A stretch of DNA of 64,000 bases, taken from NCBI GenBank assembly GCA_963664115.2, contig CAXWPJ010000009.1, positions 768,001-832,000 on the forward strand, written 5' to 3'. Made by a program: the position numbers and the translations under genes. This document shows positions 17,434 to 26,885 of the stretch, piece after piece. How positions within the stretch are numbered: the first letter of the stretch is position 1; each line of letters opens with the position of its first letter. The stretch comes from Terriglobia bacterium. GTDB taxonomy: Bacteria; Acidobacteriota; Terriglobia; 20CM-2-55-15. The notes under the pieces were generated by a model. The model was given only the letters and a program-made list of their open reading frames with translations. It was not told the DNA's origin and made no database searches.

Positions 17434-17442
17434 TCGCCTTTA

Positions 17443-17518
<76 letters not shown>

Positions 17519-17572
17519 CGATTAAACGTCAGTTCCGAGCAGCGAGCCCTCAGTTACTGGGTGTCGCTTTGA

Positions 17573-17658
17573 TGGACAGGGGAGGATTCGAACCTCCGTA
17601 GCCCGCAAGGAGCGCCAGATTTACAGTCTGGTGCGTTTAACCGCTCCGCCACCTGTCC
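17573..17658 (-). tRNA. tRNA-Tyr (GTA), long variable arm
   Basis: GGACAGGTGGCGGAGCGGTTAAACGCACCAGACTGTAAATCTGGCGCTCCTTGCGGGCTACGGAGGTTCGAATCCTCCCCTGTCCA. Confidence 0.97.
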
Positions 17659-17720
17659 CCGCTACCAATCGAGATGCCGCTCCCTGCACAACGCTCTCGG
17701 TCAGCAGTCCTGCTGAAATG

Positions 17721-17793
17721 AGCTGGCGAAGGGAGTCGAACCCCCGACCTGCTGATTACAAATCAGCTGCTCTACCAACTGAGCTACGCCAGC
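17721..17793 (-). tRNA. tRNA-Thr (TGT)
   Basis: GCTGGCGTAGCTCAGTTGGTAGAGCAGCTGATTTGTAATCAGCAGGTCGGGGGTTCGACTCCCTTCGCCAGCT. Confidence 0.97.
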
Positions 17794-17808
17794 GGCGACA
17801 AACTTATA

Positions 17809-17837
17809 AAGCTATCACAGGGGAAATTGTGTTTCAA
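17809..17837 (-). promoter_or_regulatory. Putative sigma70 promoter of the tRNA-tuf operon
   Basis: TTGAAA-N17-TAGCTT ending 15 nt upstream of tRNA-Thr(TGT). Confidence 0.55.
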
Positions 17838-17888
17838 TCCTTTCGCCGCTCTGCGGAACTCTTTTGTGCCCCACGCTTTAGCTTGCTT

Positions 17889-18641
17889 CTAGGCACTCGA
17901 CATCCCCCTCTGACGAACGACCTCGAATAGAACCACACCTGCAGCCACGGAAACGTTGAGCGAATCGATTTTCCCCTGCATCGGGAGCCGGATTCCTGCG
18001 TCGCAGTTCTCGCGTACGAGCCGGCGAACGCCACGGTGCTCACCGCCTAACACCAGAGCCACTGGAACCGTGTAGTCAAACTCAGTCCATAAATCGGGAG
18101 CATCCGGATCGACTGCGACCACCCATATCCCATTTGTTTTCATTGTATTAATTGCAGTCACAAGGTTGGAGACCTGCGCGATGGGCAAGTACTCCAGAGC
18201 ACCGGCAGAAACGCGGGAAACTACGGCTGTCAAGCCCGCGCTCCGACGCTCGCTTACAACAAGTCCGGTGGCACCCGCTGTTTCCGCGGTTCGAATTACC
18301 GCTCCCAAATTCTGAGGGTCTTGAACACCATCGAGAACCACGATCAACGGCTTCTCAGACTCCAAAATCCGCTCGAGCGGCACGTAAGAACGTGCGCCGA
18401 CGATAGCTACGACGCCCTGGTGAGGAATGCCTCGCGCAATACGTTCCAATGCGTCCTTTCCCTCGCGGCGTATCGGGATGCCCCCCGCGTTCGCCATCTC
18501 CATGATCTGGCGAACCTTTTCCGGCATCGAACCCCTGCCCCTGCTGAGGTGTAGTCGCTGGACCGGACGCTGGGCGGACCGCAGGGCCTCGTACACGGAG
18601 TGGACACCTACAATGACGCTATCATCCGTGTCCTGTTCCAT
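17889..18641 (-). CDS. rlmB: 23S rRNA Gm2251 methyltransferase (TrmH/SpoU family)
   Basis: HQGVVA, LDGVQDPQNLGAVIRTA, LVLGGEHRG, SLNVSVAAG. Confidence 0.92.
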   Translation of the reverse strand: MEQDTDDSVIVGVHSVYEALRSAQRPVQRLHLSRGRGSMPEKVRQIMEMANAGGIPIRREGKDALERIARGIPHQGVVAIVGARSYVPLERILESEKPLIVVLDGVQDPQNLGAVIRTAETAGATGLVVSERRSAGLTAVVSRVSAGALEYLPIAQVSNLVTAINTMKTNGIWVVAVDPDAPDLWTEFDYTVPVALVLGGEHRGVRRLVRENCDAGIRLPMQGKIDSLNVSVAAGVVLFEVVRQRGMSSA

Positions 18642-18675
18642 GAAAATCTCGGTATCTCAAGCGTTAACGATCGCG

Positions 18676-20163
18676 TCAAGCGGACGCCTGTCTGGCAAGA
18701 AAGGCTTTGACGCGGGCCCGGCAATCGAGAGTGCCGGCAACTCCCAACTTCGCACCCAACTCAACCAAAGGAATCAACTTTTCCAACTCCGGCCCAGAAT
18801 CGCGCGCCGTCAGGACGACACGCAGCGGATGGAACAGATCGCGTCCCTTCCTTCCTGTCGTCTTCTTAAGCGAGGTGACAATAGCGCGAAAGTCATCGAA
18901 GCTCAGGTGGTCGTAGGCTTTCAGTTCATCCCCGAAAGCACGAATCAAATCCAACACCCCGTTGTCGCCCAGAGCCTCGGAAACAGCTTCGGAATCATCA
19001 ACAGGGAATGCAAGGACGCTCTCTAAGGCTGACGGTATGTCAGAAACAGTATCGACGCCACCGATCAAGGTCGCGCTGACCATCCGAACCCATTCGTCCT
19101 GTCCTGCATCAGGTAGCCATCCCGTCGGGTCCAGAGCCAGGCGTACCAGCGACTCGGTCCTGGGACTCTCGCGCAAATACTGACGGTTAATAAAATTCAG
19201 CTTGCCGAAATCAAAGATAGCGGGGTTTTTATTGACTTTCTCGAGCCTGAATTCCTGCACGAGACGGTTGGGGGGAACAACTTCGCTGCCTTCGGCGCCC
19301 GGGGACCATCCCAACAGCGCGATGTAGTTCATCAGCGCTTCAGGTAAATAGCCAAACTCACGAAACTGAGCCACGGCGGTCGCACCATGGCGTTTGCTCA
19401 AACGAGTCTGATCGGGCCCCAGTATCGTAGAAAGGTGCGCAAACAAAGGTACTGTGTATCCCAGTGCTTCATAGATTAAGACCTGTTTGGGTGTATTGGA
19501 CAGATGGTCATCTCCCCGAATGACGTGCGAAATTTCCATGAGGGCGTCATCGACAACAACGGCATAGTTGTACGTGGGTGTTCGGTCTGACCGTAGCAGA
19601 ATTGGATCGCTGATGACTTCAGTCGAAAACTGCATGTCGCCGTGAACAATATCGGCGAAACCAACTGTGCCTTCACGGACTTTGAGCCGAACGACGGACT
19701 CCTCTCCGTCTTTGACTTTTAGATCCACTGCGTCGCGAGTCAGGTTCCTGCAGGTGCCCGGATACGTCCAGGAAATGCCCTTTGCTTTTGCTGTCTCCGA
19801 TTGGCTGGCAAGCTCATCCGCAGAACAAAAGCAGCGAAATGCAGATCCCTCAGCAATAAGTTGAGATGCGCGCCCCCGGTATATTTCGTATCGCTCCGAT
19901 TGACGGTAGGGGCCGTACCCGCCGCCGACATCGGGCCCCTCGTCCCAATCTATCCCGAACCACTGCAGATCATCATAGATTGACTGTTCGTAGTGAGTTT
20001 CCGACCGAACGCGGTCAGTGTCTTCGATCCTCAATACGAACGTCCCACCTCTCTGACGGGTGAAAAGCCAGGCGAACAGGCCGGTCCTCAAATTCCCGAC
20101 ATGCAGCAGCCCCGTAGGGCTCGGCGCATATCGAACGCGTAAGGAATTTCCAATATCTTTCAT
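18676..20163 (-). CDS. gltX: Glutamyl-tRNA synthetase, paralog 2
   Basis: RYAPSPTGLLHVGN, LRIEDTD, CFC...C Zn motif, HVIRGDDH, LSKRHG; anticodon-binding domain present. Start at ATG 20163. Confidence 0.93.
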   Translation of the reverse strand: MKDIGNSLRVRYAPSPTGLLHVGNLRTGLFAWLFTRQRGGTFVLRIEDTDRVRSETHYEQSIYDDLQWFGIDWDEGPDVGGGYGPYRQSERYEIYRGRASQLIAEGSAFRCFCSADELASQSETAKAKGISWTYPGTCRNLTRDAVDLKVKDGEESVVRLKVREGTVGFADIVHGDMQFSTEVISDPILLRSDRTPTYNYAVVVDDALMEISHVIRGDDHLSNTPKQVLIYEALGYTVPLFAHLSTILGPDQTRLSKRHGATAVAQFREFGYLPEALMNYIALLGWSPGAEGSEVVPPNRLVQEFRLEKVNKNPAIFDFGKLNFINRQYLRESPRTESLVRLALDPTGWLPDAGQDEWVRMVSATLIGGVDTVSDIPSALESVLAFPVDDSEAVSEALGDNGVLDLIRAFGDELKAYDHLSFDDFRAIVTSLKKTTGRKGRDLFHPLRVVLTARDSGPELEKLIPLVELGAKLGVAGTLDCRARVKAFLARQASA

Positions 20164-20164
20164 G

Positions 20165-20644
20165 TTACTGGGCAAAAACGAGGGCCACCGCGTGGGCGGC
20201 AATGGCCTCTTCTTCTCCGATCGGACCCAGTTTCTCCATCGTTTTGGCTTTCACCTGAACGTCATCGCCGGAGACGCCCACCACGTTTGCAATGATCTCC
20301 TTCATCGACGGGAGGTATGGCAACAGTCTGGGACTTTCGGCCAACACGTTGGAGTCGATATTACCGATCGAGTAGCCCTTCTGATGCATCAAACTGACGG
20401 TGTCCTTCAGGAAAACCTGGCTGGCAATTCCGCGGTAGCGCGCGTCAGTGTCCGGGAATCTTTCACCGATGTTGCCCAGTCCACAGGCCCCCAATAGCGC
20501 GTCCGTGATGGCATGAAGTAATACGTCGCCATCGGAATGCCCGACGAGGCCTTTGGTGTGCGGGATTTCGATTCCCCCGAGCATGAGTTTCCGATCAGGC
20601 GCGAGACGATGAATGTCGAAACCAATACCTATCCGGACTTTCAC
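20165..20644 (-). CDS. ispF: 2-C-methyl-D-erythritol 2,4-cyclodiphosphate synthase
   Basis: RIGIGFDIH, GHSDGDVLLHAITDALLGA. Confidence 0.97.
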   Translation of the reverse strand: MKVRIGIGFDIHRLAPDRKLMLGGIEIPHTKGLVGHSDGDVLLHAITDALLGACGLGNIGERFPDTDARYRGIASQVFLKDTVSLMHQKGYSIGNIDSNVLAESPRLLPYLPSMKEIIANVVGVSGDDVQVKAKTMEKLGPIGEEEAIAAHAVALVFAQ

Positions 20645-21336
20645 TCGACTGGCGCCCTCTCTTCTTCGAGAAGGAATCTGGCTAGGGACAGATCGCTGGG
20701 TCGTGTGATCTTGATGTTGCGCTCCGAGCCCCTCACCAGGAATACGGGGTGGCCTAAACGTTCCACGAGGCTCGCCTCATCAGTTCCGTAGTAACCGTCC
20801 CGGCGCGCACTGTCGAAAGCCTCGCGGAGAATCTGAGCCTGAAATACCTGGGGCGTCTGTACCAGGACAAGGTTTTCTCTGCGCAGCGTGGACTTCACTA
20901 CGTCGCGTTCAACTTCCTTGACTGTATCCGTAATCGGGATCGCCAGAATCGCCGCGCCATTAACCGACGCCACTGCGATAACTTGTTCTATTTCCTCCAG
21001 GCTAACAAACGGTCGCACCCCGTCGTGAACTGCAACCAAGTCGGTGCCCGTCCCCAAGTGTCCCATCGCGCTCGCAACCGAGTCCTGCCGCCGTTCTCCG
21101 CCTTCAATGACAGTCACCGGCTTAATCAGTCCAGCTTCGTCGACCATCTGCCGCACCTCATCCACAGCCTCTCGCGGCGATGCAATAACAATGTGATCAA
21201 TCAAAGGAGACGCATCGAACTTACGCAAAGTCACAACCAATATCGGAACGCCTTCCAGAGCCAGAAACTGCTTCGGCCTGTCGGCTTTCATACGGCGGCC
21301 TGCTCCGGCCGCGGCAATGATCGCTCCCACCGTCAT
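20641..21336 (-). CDS. ispD: 2-C-methyl-D-erythritol 4-phosphate cytidylyltransferase
   Basis: AAAGAGRRM...KQFL, GGERRQDSV, VHDGVRPF, QTPQVF, NIKIT. Confidence 0.97.
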   Translation of the reverse strand: MTVGAIIAAAGAGRRMKADRPKQFLALEGVPILVVTLRKFDASPLIDHIVIASPREAVDEVRQMVDEAGLIKPVTVIEGGERRQDSVASAMGHLGTGTDLVAVHDGVRPFVSLEEIEQVIAVASVNGAAILAIPITDTVKEVERDVVKSTLRRENLVLVQTPQVFQAQILREAFDSARRDGYYGTDEASLVERLGHPVFLVRGSERNIKITRPSDLSLARFLLEEERAPVE

Positions 21337-21363
21337 GCGATCACTACCCGGCGGGCGATCCAT

Positions 21364-21455
21364 CCGCTGCTACGGCGTTGCGCTCGTTCGGCCATCCTCG
21401 GCGTATTAGTACATACGCCTGCGGTGTCCTCTCTTCGCGCGCCTTGTCCCGGCGG
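21364..21455. repeat. REP/MITE-like imperfect palindrome
   Basis: Outer CCGCTG/CGGCGG pairing, inner GGCGTAT-tagtac-ATACGCC hairpin; shares motifs with 43897..43978. Confidence 0.55.
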
Positions 21456-21593
21456 CGTTTCGACCGCCGTACATGTATCGATTTTTCGTCTCATACGTTT
21501 TGTTAGTACGCTTACTTCGCACCCGGGGACGTGAATAGCGACGACCGACAACTTATATTCTTGGCTCGTCACTTTCAGCTCCCAATCTATTAA

Positions 21594-22742
21594 CTATTTT
21601 GCGGGTACGCCTGCCTGTTGATGTTTTTCGGGCCGATCAGAGCGGTCGCGACCGCCCTTCTCATCACGAGACGAATGGTGATCGCGGCTCTCCTCGTAGC
21701 GACCGAAGATCATCTTTCCGGCCGTTGTTTGAAGAACGCTGGTTACGGAAGAATCTACCGTCTTGCCGATCATTTTCCGGGCATTGTCGACCACAACCAT
21801 CGTTCCGTCGTCGAGGTATGCAATGCCCTGGTTGAACTCCTTACCTTCTTTAAGGATGAACACTTTCATGATCTCTCCCGGCAGATAGACGGGTTTCAGA
21901 GCATTGGCCAACTCATTGATATTCAGCACTTCCACGCCGCGGAGCTGTGCAACTTTGTTGAGGTTGAAATCGTTCGTTACGATCTTGGCATCAATCTCAT
22001 GGGCAAGTTCGATCAACTTCAAATCGACCTCACGAACCTGGGGATAGTCGTTTTCAACCAGCTGTACGGTAATCCCAGACATCTTTTGAACTCGCTGTAG
22101 GATGTCGAGTCCGCGTCGACCACGATTGCGCTTCAAGCCGTCGGCTGAATCGGCCACTTGCTGGAGTTCCCTTAAAACGAAATGAGGGATAACCAAAATG
22201 CCATCCAAAAACCCCGTCTCGCAGATGTCCGCTATCCTTCCGTCGATGATCACGCTCGTATCGAGGATTTTGTAGTCCTCCTTTGGAGGGCGATCACTGC
22301 CAAATAGCCCGCCAAGCGCGGCGAGATTCAGTAAGTCGCCCTTGTTCGCGCCTACGACCAAACCCACGTAGACCATCAGGAAGAGGACAAACACTTTTAT
22401 GTAGGACAGAGAACTTGGATCGAAAGCTGTCTCAGTAAGCAAATTGCTGATCAGACTCGCACCGATGATGCCGAGGATCGAGCCGACAGCTGCTCCGATC
22501 AAACGCCTCAGTGAAGCGCGTCTCACACGGTGTTCGAAAAAAATGATTCCGAGTGCGCTTGCCAGTCCGAGTAAAGCGGCGTTTACACCGATCAGTCCGA
22601 AGGGGCTTATGAAATAGGCTGCCACCATCAAAATCACAGCAAAAATCGTGCGGACAAAGATGATGTCGATCAGAAAGTTCGCTTCTTCGCCTCTCAGGGT
22701 CGAATCCGCGCCCAAAGGCAACGGCTCTTCTGTTCGTTTCAT
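21594..22742 (-). CDS. Membrane-anchored PIN/TRAM domain protein (YacL-like)
   Basis: N-terminal TM helices, ILDTSVIIDGRI PIN motif, TNDFNLNKVA, YLDDGTMVVV TRAM; radA-ispD context. Confidence 0.93.
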   Translation of the reverse strand: MKRTEEPLPLGADSTLRGEEANFLIDIIFVRTIFAVILMVAAYFISPFGLIGVNAALLGLASALGIIFFEHRVRRASLRRLIGAAVGSILGIIGASLISNLLTETAFDPSSLSYIKVFVLFLMVYVGLVVGANKGDLLNLAALGGLFGSDRPPKEDYKILDTSVIIDGRIADICETGFLDGILVIPHFVLRELQQVADSADGLKRNRGRRGLDILQRVQKMSGITVQLVENDYPQVREVDLKLIELAHEIDAKIVTNDFNLNKVAQLRGVEVLNINELANALKPVYLPGEIMKVFILKEGKEFNQGIAYLDDGTMVVVDNARKMIGKTVDSSVTSVLQTTAGKMIFGRYEESRDHHSSRDEKGGRDRSDRPEKHQQAGVPAK

Positions 22743-23027
22743 CGAGCACCCTACCTTTTATGAAAGTGATCTACAAAAATACACGTTCCCATGGTGGATT
22801 ATACGGCATAGTCCCTAATAATCAGAGGTTTCCGCTTTGAAACAGGCCCAACAAAACGAGAGTAATACGAGAGGCCACGGTTGACTTGCCCCTTCCGGGG
22901 GCAAGATGAACGGTCCGGTCGGATGGAGAATTTAGATCGGGACCCATCCGTCATTTAAGGGGGCGATGGCACGAAGCCATTCTTGCGGGCGCAAAACGCC
23001 CCCGGAGGGGCCCCGCCGCAGCTTGCT

Positions 23028-24395
23028 CTACTCAGAAGCACCGTTCGCAAGGGGGCCAAACAAAACGTCAATCGCCTCGTTCAGATTAACAACCGACACC
23101 GATTCAAAGTCAGCGGGAATTTCTGAAACGGTCGGGGCAGGCAAAACAGCCCGGCGAAACCCCAGGTTTGCGGCCTCTTTGAGACGCATGCCCGGGTGCA
23201 GGCACGTCCGGATCTCGCCTCCAAGCCCGACTTCTCCGAATACGAGCGTCGCCTGGGGCATCGGTCGATTCAGAAAACTAGAAAGAATGGCGACCGCGAT
23301 TCCAAGATCGGCAGCAGGCTCCGAAATCTCAAGACCTCCGACGACATTGAGATAGATGTCCTGATCATAGAGATGGACTCCCAGGCGTTTCTCGATAACA
23401 GCGCATATAAGCGCTAGCCGTTGAGGGTCGACGCCAGTCGTGAACCGGCGCGGAGTTCCCAAGTGCGTTCGTGAAACCAAAGCCTGCAGTTCAACCAGCA
23501 GGGGCCGCGACCCCTCGACCGAGCACACCACAACTGAACCCGCGTCGGGGGTGTCCCGGTGCGACAGAAACAAGCCTCCGGGGGACTCCACCGCCACCAG
23601 ACCTCGGGCAGTCATCTCGAAAATTCCGAGCTCGTTTGCAGCGCCGAAACGATTTTTTATCGTACGCACGATTCGGTGAGGATGCTGACGCGGCCCTTCA
23701 AAATACAAGACCGTGTCCACGATGTGCTCAAGAGCCTTGGGACCGGCCAGAGCGCCATCTTTGGTGATGTGTCCGATCAAGAAGGCGGGCACCTGACGCC
23801 GTTTTGTCCAGACGAGGAACTGAGAAGCCGCTTCGCGCACCTGGCCGATACTTCCGGGAGCCATTTCGAGTTTGTCGCTGAACGTCGTCTGTATCGAGTC
23901 AACTACGACAGCAGCAGCGCCCACCTCTTCCGCTTTTGACAAGATCCGTTCAACGTTCATCTCGGCATATACGAGCAGATCTCCGCCTGCGATTCCCGTT
24001 CTCTCGCCTCGAAGCTTGATTTGTAGCGGCGACTCCTCCCCGGAAGCATAGAGAATCGGGTATCGAGTGGAAAGTTGGGCCGCAACATTCAGCATCAGGG
24101 TTGACTTGCCCACACCCGGATCACCGCCCAATAGAATCAAGGCACCGGGGACCAGGCCGCCTCCCAAAACACGATCAAACTCGGGGACGCCCGTTGGAGT
24201 CCGGGGCACCTCAGATCCTTCAATGGAATCGAAACGGACCGGAGCCGTCTCTGGAGCGAGGCTGACTTGGGCGGACGACGAACTCACGCTCTCTTCCACG
24301 AAACTATTCCACTCTTCACAGCTGGGACATCGGCCGATCCACTTGGGCGAATTATGTCCACAGTGCTGACAAAAGAACTGAGTGCGTTGTTTCAT
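23028..24395 (-). CDS. radA: DNA repair protein RadA/Sms
   Basis: C4 zinc finger, GGDPGVGKST, KNRFG. Confidence 0.98.
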   Translation of the reverse strand: MKQRTQFFCQHCGHNSPKWIGRCPSCEEWNSFVEESVSSSSAQVSLAPETAPVRFDSIEGSEVPRTPTGVPEFDRVLGGGLVPGALILLGGDPGVGKSTLMLNVAAQLSTRYPILYASGEESPLQIKLRGERTGIAGGDLLVYAEMNVERILSKAEEVGAAAVVVDSIQTTFSDKLEMAPGSIGQVREAASQFLVWTKRRQVPAFLIGHITKDGALAGPKALEHIVDTVLYFEGPRQHPHRIVRTIKNRFGAANELGIFEMTARGLVAVESPGGLFLSHRDTPDAGSVVVCSVEGSRPLLVELQALVSRTHLGTPRRFTTGVDPQRLALICAVIEKRLGVHLYDQDIYLNVVGGLEISEPAADLGIAVAILSSFLNRPMPQATLVFGEVGLGGEIRTCLHPGMRLKEAANLGFRRAVLPAPTVSEIPADFESVSVVNLNEAIDVLFGPLANGASE

Positions 24396-24433
24396 CGATA
24401 AGGTCGACTGAACATAGGGCGCTTCAAAACGAA

Positions 24434-24516
24434 AACACGGAGACCTCCCAGGACAACGATGGGATTCTTAGGGTCTTGAAACCTTCGTTCACTTCGTGTC
24501 TTCATGTCTTCGTGTT
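24434..24516. repeat. Degenerate palindromic element with ~8-9-nt periodicity (CTTCGTGT-type units)
   Basis: AACACGGAGAC... on the left pairs with ...CTTCGTTCACTTCGTGTCTTCATGTCTTCGTGTT on the right. Confidence 0.55.
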
Positions 24517-24555
24517 GAAACAGCTTCTTCGTCCGGCTCAACGAGAGGCAATACA

Positions 24556-25893
24556 CTACATGTCGAGGAGGGTCTGGAAGCGTGTATATTGCTTCTGAAA
24601 CGCTAGCTTGACCGTTCCCGTCGGGCCGTTGCGTTGCTTGGAGATGATCAGTTCCGCCAGGCCGGCGTTCTCATCGTTCGGCTTGTAGACCTCTTCCCTG
24701 TAAATGAAGGCCACAACATCCGCATCCTGTTCGATCGAACCGGACTCCCGCAGGTCCGAAAGCTGTGGCCGGTGATCCGAGCCCGCTCGCTGCTCCGGTG
24801 CCCGGCTCAACTGAGACAGGGCGACAACCGGCACATCAAGCTCCTTCGCCAGTGCTTTCAATCCGCGCGAAATGCCAGAGATCTCCTGGGTACGATTCTC
24901 CATACGCCCGAAACCGGACATCAATTGCAGGTAGTCAACCACAATGAGTCCCAATCCATGCTCAGCCTTCATTCGCCTCGCTTTGGCTCGCATCTGCATG
25001 ATTGTCAGCAACGAAGAGTCGTCAATGAAGATCGGCGCGGCCGCAATTCGGCCCAGCGAATCAATCAATTTACCAAAATCGTCCTTGGACAGGTACCCGG
25101 TCCGAACCCGGTGAGCGTCGACCATCGATTCTGCGCACAGGATCCTCATCAAGAGCTGAGCCTTGGCCATCTCCAGACTGAAAATTCCTACGGGCGCTCC
25201 TTGCCGCAGGGCAACGTGCTGGGCAATGTTAAGGGCAAGAGCGGTCTTGCCCATCGAAGGACGTGCCGCAATAATGATCAGATCGGATGACTGGAGTCCG
25301 GAAGTCATGCGGTCGAAGTCATTAAATCCAGTAGCCACACCGGTAATCATCTCTCTATCGGTGTACAGCTTCTCCAACATCCGATGCGCTTCAGGCTGGA
25401 GATCTTTGATCGGAACCAGGCCGCTTTGGATTCTCTTTTCCGACAACTCGAACATCGACTGCTCAGCCCTGTCGAGCACTTCCTCGGCATGATCCGATTG
25501 TTCGAAACACTCGGCCATAATGCGATTCGTCGAGTGAATCATCTGCCGGAACAGCGACTTTTCTCTGATGATCTGGACGTAATGCTCAATATTGACGAGA
25601 TGGGGAATGCCATCCATCAGGCTCGCCATATACGCGATTCCACCCGCCGATTCCAACAGTGAATCCCTCTCCAAGCGATCTTGAAGGGTAATCAAATCGA
25701 CGGCTTTTGACTCGTCGACGATTTCCGACATCTTTCGGAAGATAGTCCGGTGTGCCCCGAGGTAGAAGTCATCCTGCTTCAGGTTCTCAACGACAGTGTA
25801 GTAGTTCTCGTTATTAACGAGGATCGCTCCAAGAACCGACTTCTCGGCATCGACGTTGTGGGGGAGTGGACGTTCTAGTATTTCGCGGGCCAT
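24556..25893 (-). CDS. dnaB: Replicative DNA helicase
   Basis: AARPSMGKT, VDYLQLM, LSDLRESGSIEQDAD, KQRNGPTG; no intein. Confidence 0.99.
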   Translation of the reverse strand: MAREILERPLPHNVDAEKSVLGAILVNNENYYTVVENLKQDDFYLGAHRTIFRKMSEIVDESKAVDLITLQDRLERDSLLESAGGIAYMASLMDGIPHLVNIEHYVQIIREKSLFRQMIHSTNRIMAECFEQSDHAEEVLDRAEQSMFELSEKRIQSGLVPIKDLQPEAHRMLEKLYTDREMITGVATGFNDFDRMTSGLQSSDLIIIAARPSMGKTALALNIAQHVALRQGAPVGIFSLEMAKAQLLMRILCAESMVDAHRVRTGYLSKDDFGKLIDSLGRIAAAPIFIDDSSLLTIMQMRAKARRMKAEHGLGLIVVDYLQLMSGFGRMENRTQEISGISRGLKALAKELDVPVVALSQLSRAPEQRAGSDHRPQLSDLRESGSIEQDADVVAFIYREEVYKPNDENAGLAELIISKQRNGPTGTVKLAFQKQYTRFQTLLDM

Positions 25894-26061
25894 TGGGTGG
25901 ACAAAGAATACAGGCTAAAAAAAAGGAAGGACAAGCGAAAATCTAAAGGGCGGACACCTAATTCGCTACAGTCCTAAAGTGAAGAACTTACGGGTGCTGA
26001 AATCTGGCGTCCGCACAGCAATTGCGGCGGGCCTGGGGATTTCTCCAGCCGGCGCACGGAA

Positions 26062-26577
26062 CTACTCAGACTCGCTCTCAGGTTCGGATTCGGTCGGAGG
26101 AGATGTTGCCTCTCCAGTTTCGGCCCCGGCTTCGGCTTCGGCCTCTACTCTGAGTTTAACTTCTGCAACGACGTCGGCGAACAAGCGTATAGGAATGACA
26201 AACTCACCCAACTGCTTGATGTGATCATCGAGGTTGATCTTTCGTTTGTCCACCTTGAAACCCTTCTTCTCAAGTTCATCGGCAATATCACTGGTGGTCA
26301 CTGAACCGTACAGCACTTCCTGTTCGCCAACACGGCGGGTCACAGTGATCTCGACAGCGTTCATCACCTCGCGAAGCTTCTCAGCTTCACCTTTCTGTTT
26401 TGCCTCGCGGCGGAGCAGGTTGTTGCGTTCCTGCTCCATTATCTTGAGATTTCCAGGCGTCGCCGGATAAGCCAGCTTGCGGGGCACCAGGTAGTTGCGG
26501 GCGTATCCTGCCTTCACGGTCACAACGTCACCGGGATGACCAAGCCGTTCGATTGCCTCTCTCAAGATGATTTCCAT
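26062..26577 (-). CDS. rplI: 50S ribosomal protein L9 with an acidic C-terminal tail
   Basis: GDVVTVKAGYARNYLVP, LYGSVT. Confidence 0.98.
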   Translation of the reverse strand: MEIILREAIERLGHPGDVVTVKAGYARNYLVPRKLAYPATPGNLKIMEQERNNLLRREAKQKGEAEKLREVMNAVEITVTRRVGEQEVLYGSVTTSDIADELEKKGFKVDKRKINLDDHIKQLGEFVIPIRLFADVVAEVKLRVEAEAEAGAETGEATSPPTESEPESESE

Positions 26578-26621
26578 ACTGAATCCTTTTAACTGAATCG
26601 ATTTTGAAGGAACTCTTTCTG

Positions 26622-26849
26622 CTATTCCGTCGTAAACGGCAAGAGGGCGATATTACGCGCTTTCTTGATCGCATCCTTCAATTGCCGCTGATGCGGTGAA
26701 CAAACACCCGAAATCCGTCTCGGCAGAATTTTGGCGCGCTCTGGGACAAACTGGGACAGGAGCCTCGCGTCCTTATAATTAATTGAATCAATCTTTTCGA
26801 CGCAGAATTTGCAAACTTTCCTCCGTCGGTAGAACTGCTTTTGCACCAC
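26622..26849 (-). CDS. rpsR: 30S ribosomal protein S18 (Zn-binding type)
   Basis: [32 protein letters not shown]. Confidence 0.98.
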   Translation of the reverse strand: MVQKQFYRRRKVCKFCVEKIDSINYKDARLLSQFVPERAKILPRRISGVCSPHQRQLKDAIKKARNIALLPFTTE

Positions 26850-26885
26850 TCCTATTTCTCCTTAAACTGGCACCCTGTTACAGGT

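Noticed and set aside
21333-21572. 79-aa ORF between the PIN/TRAM gene and ispD
   Set aside because: It overlaps a palindromic repeat and has no recognisable motif or SD.
22966-23016. c-di-GMP-I (GEMM) riboswitch or SRP RNA resemblance (GGGCGCAAAA; CCGGAAGG)
   Set aside because: It lacks the GGCAAA-P2-GAAA arrangement and the SRP CAGG...AGCAG internal loop; kept only as an unknown structured region.
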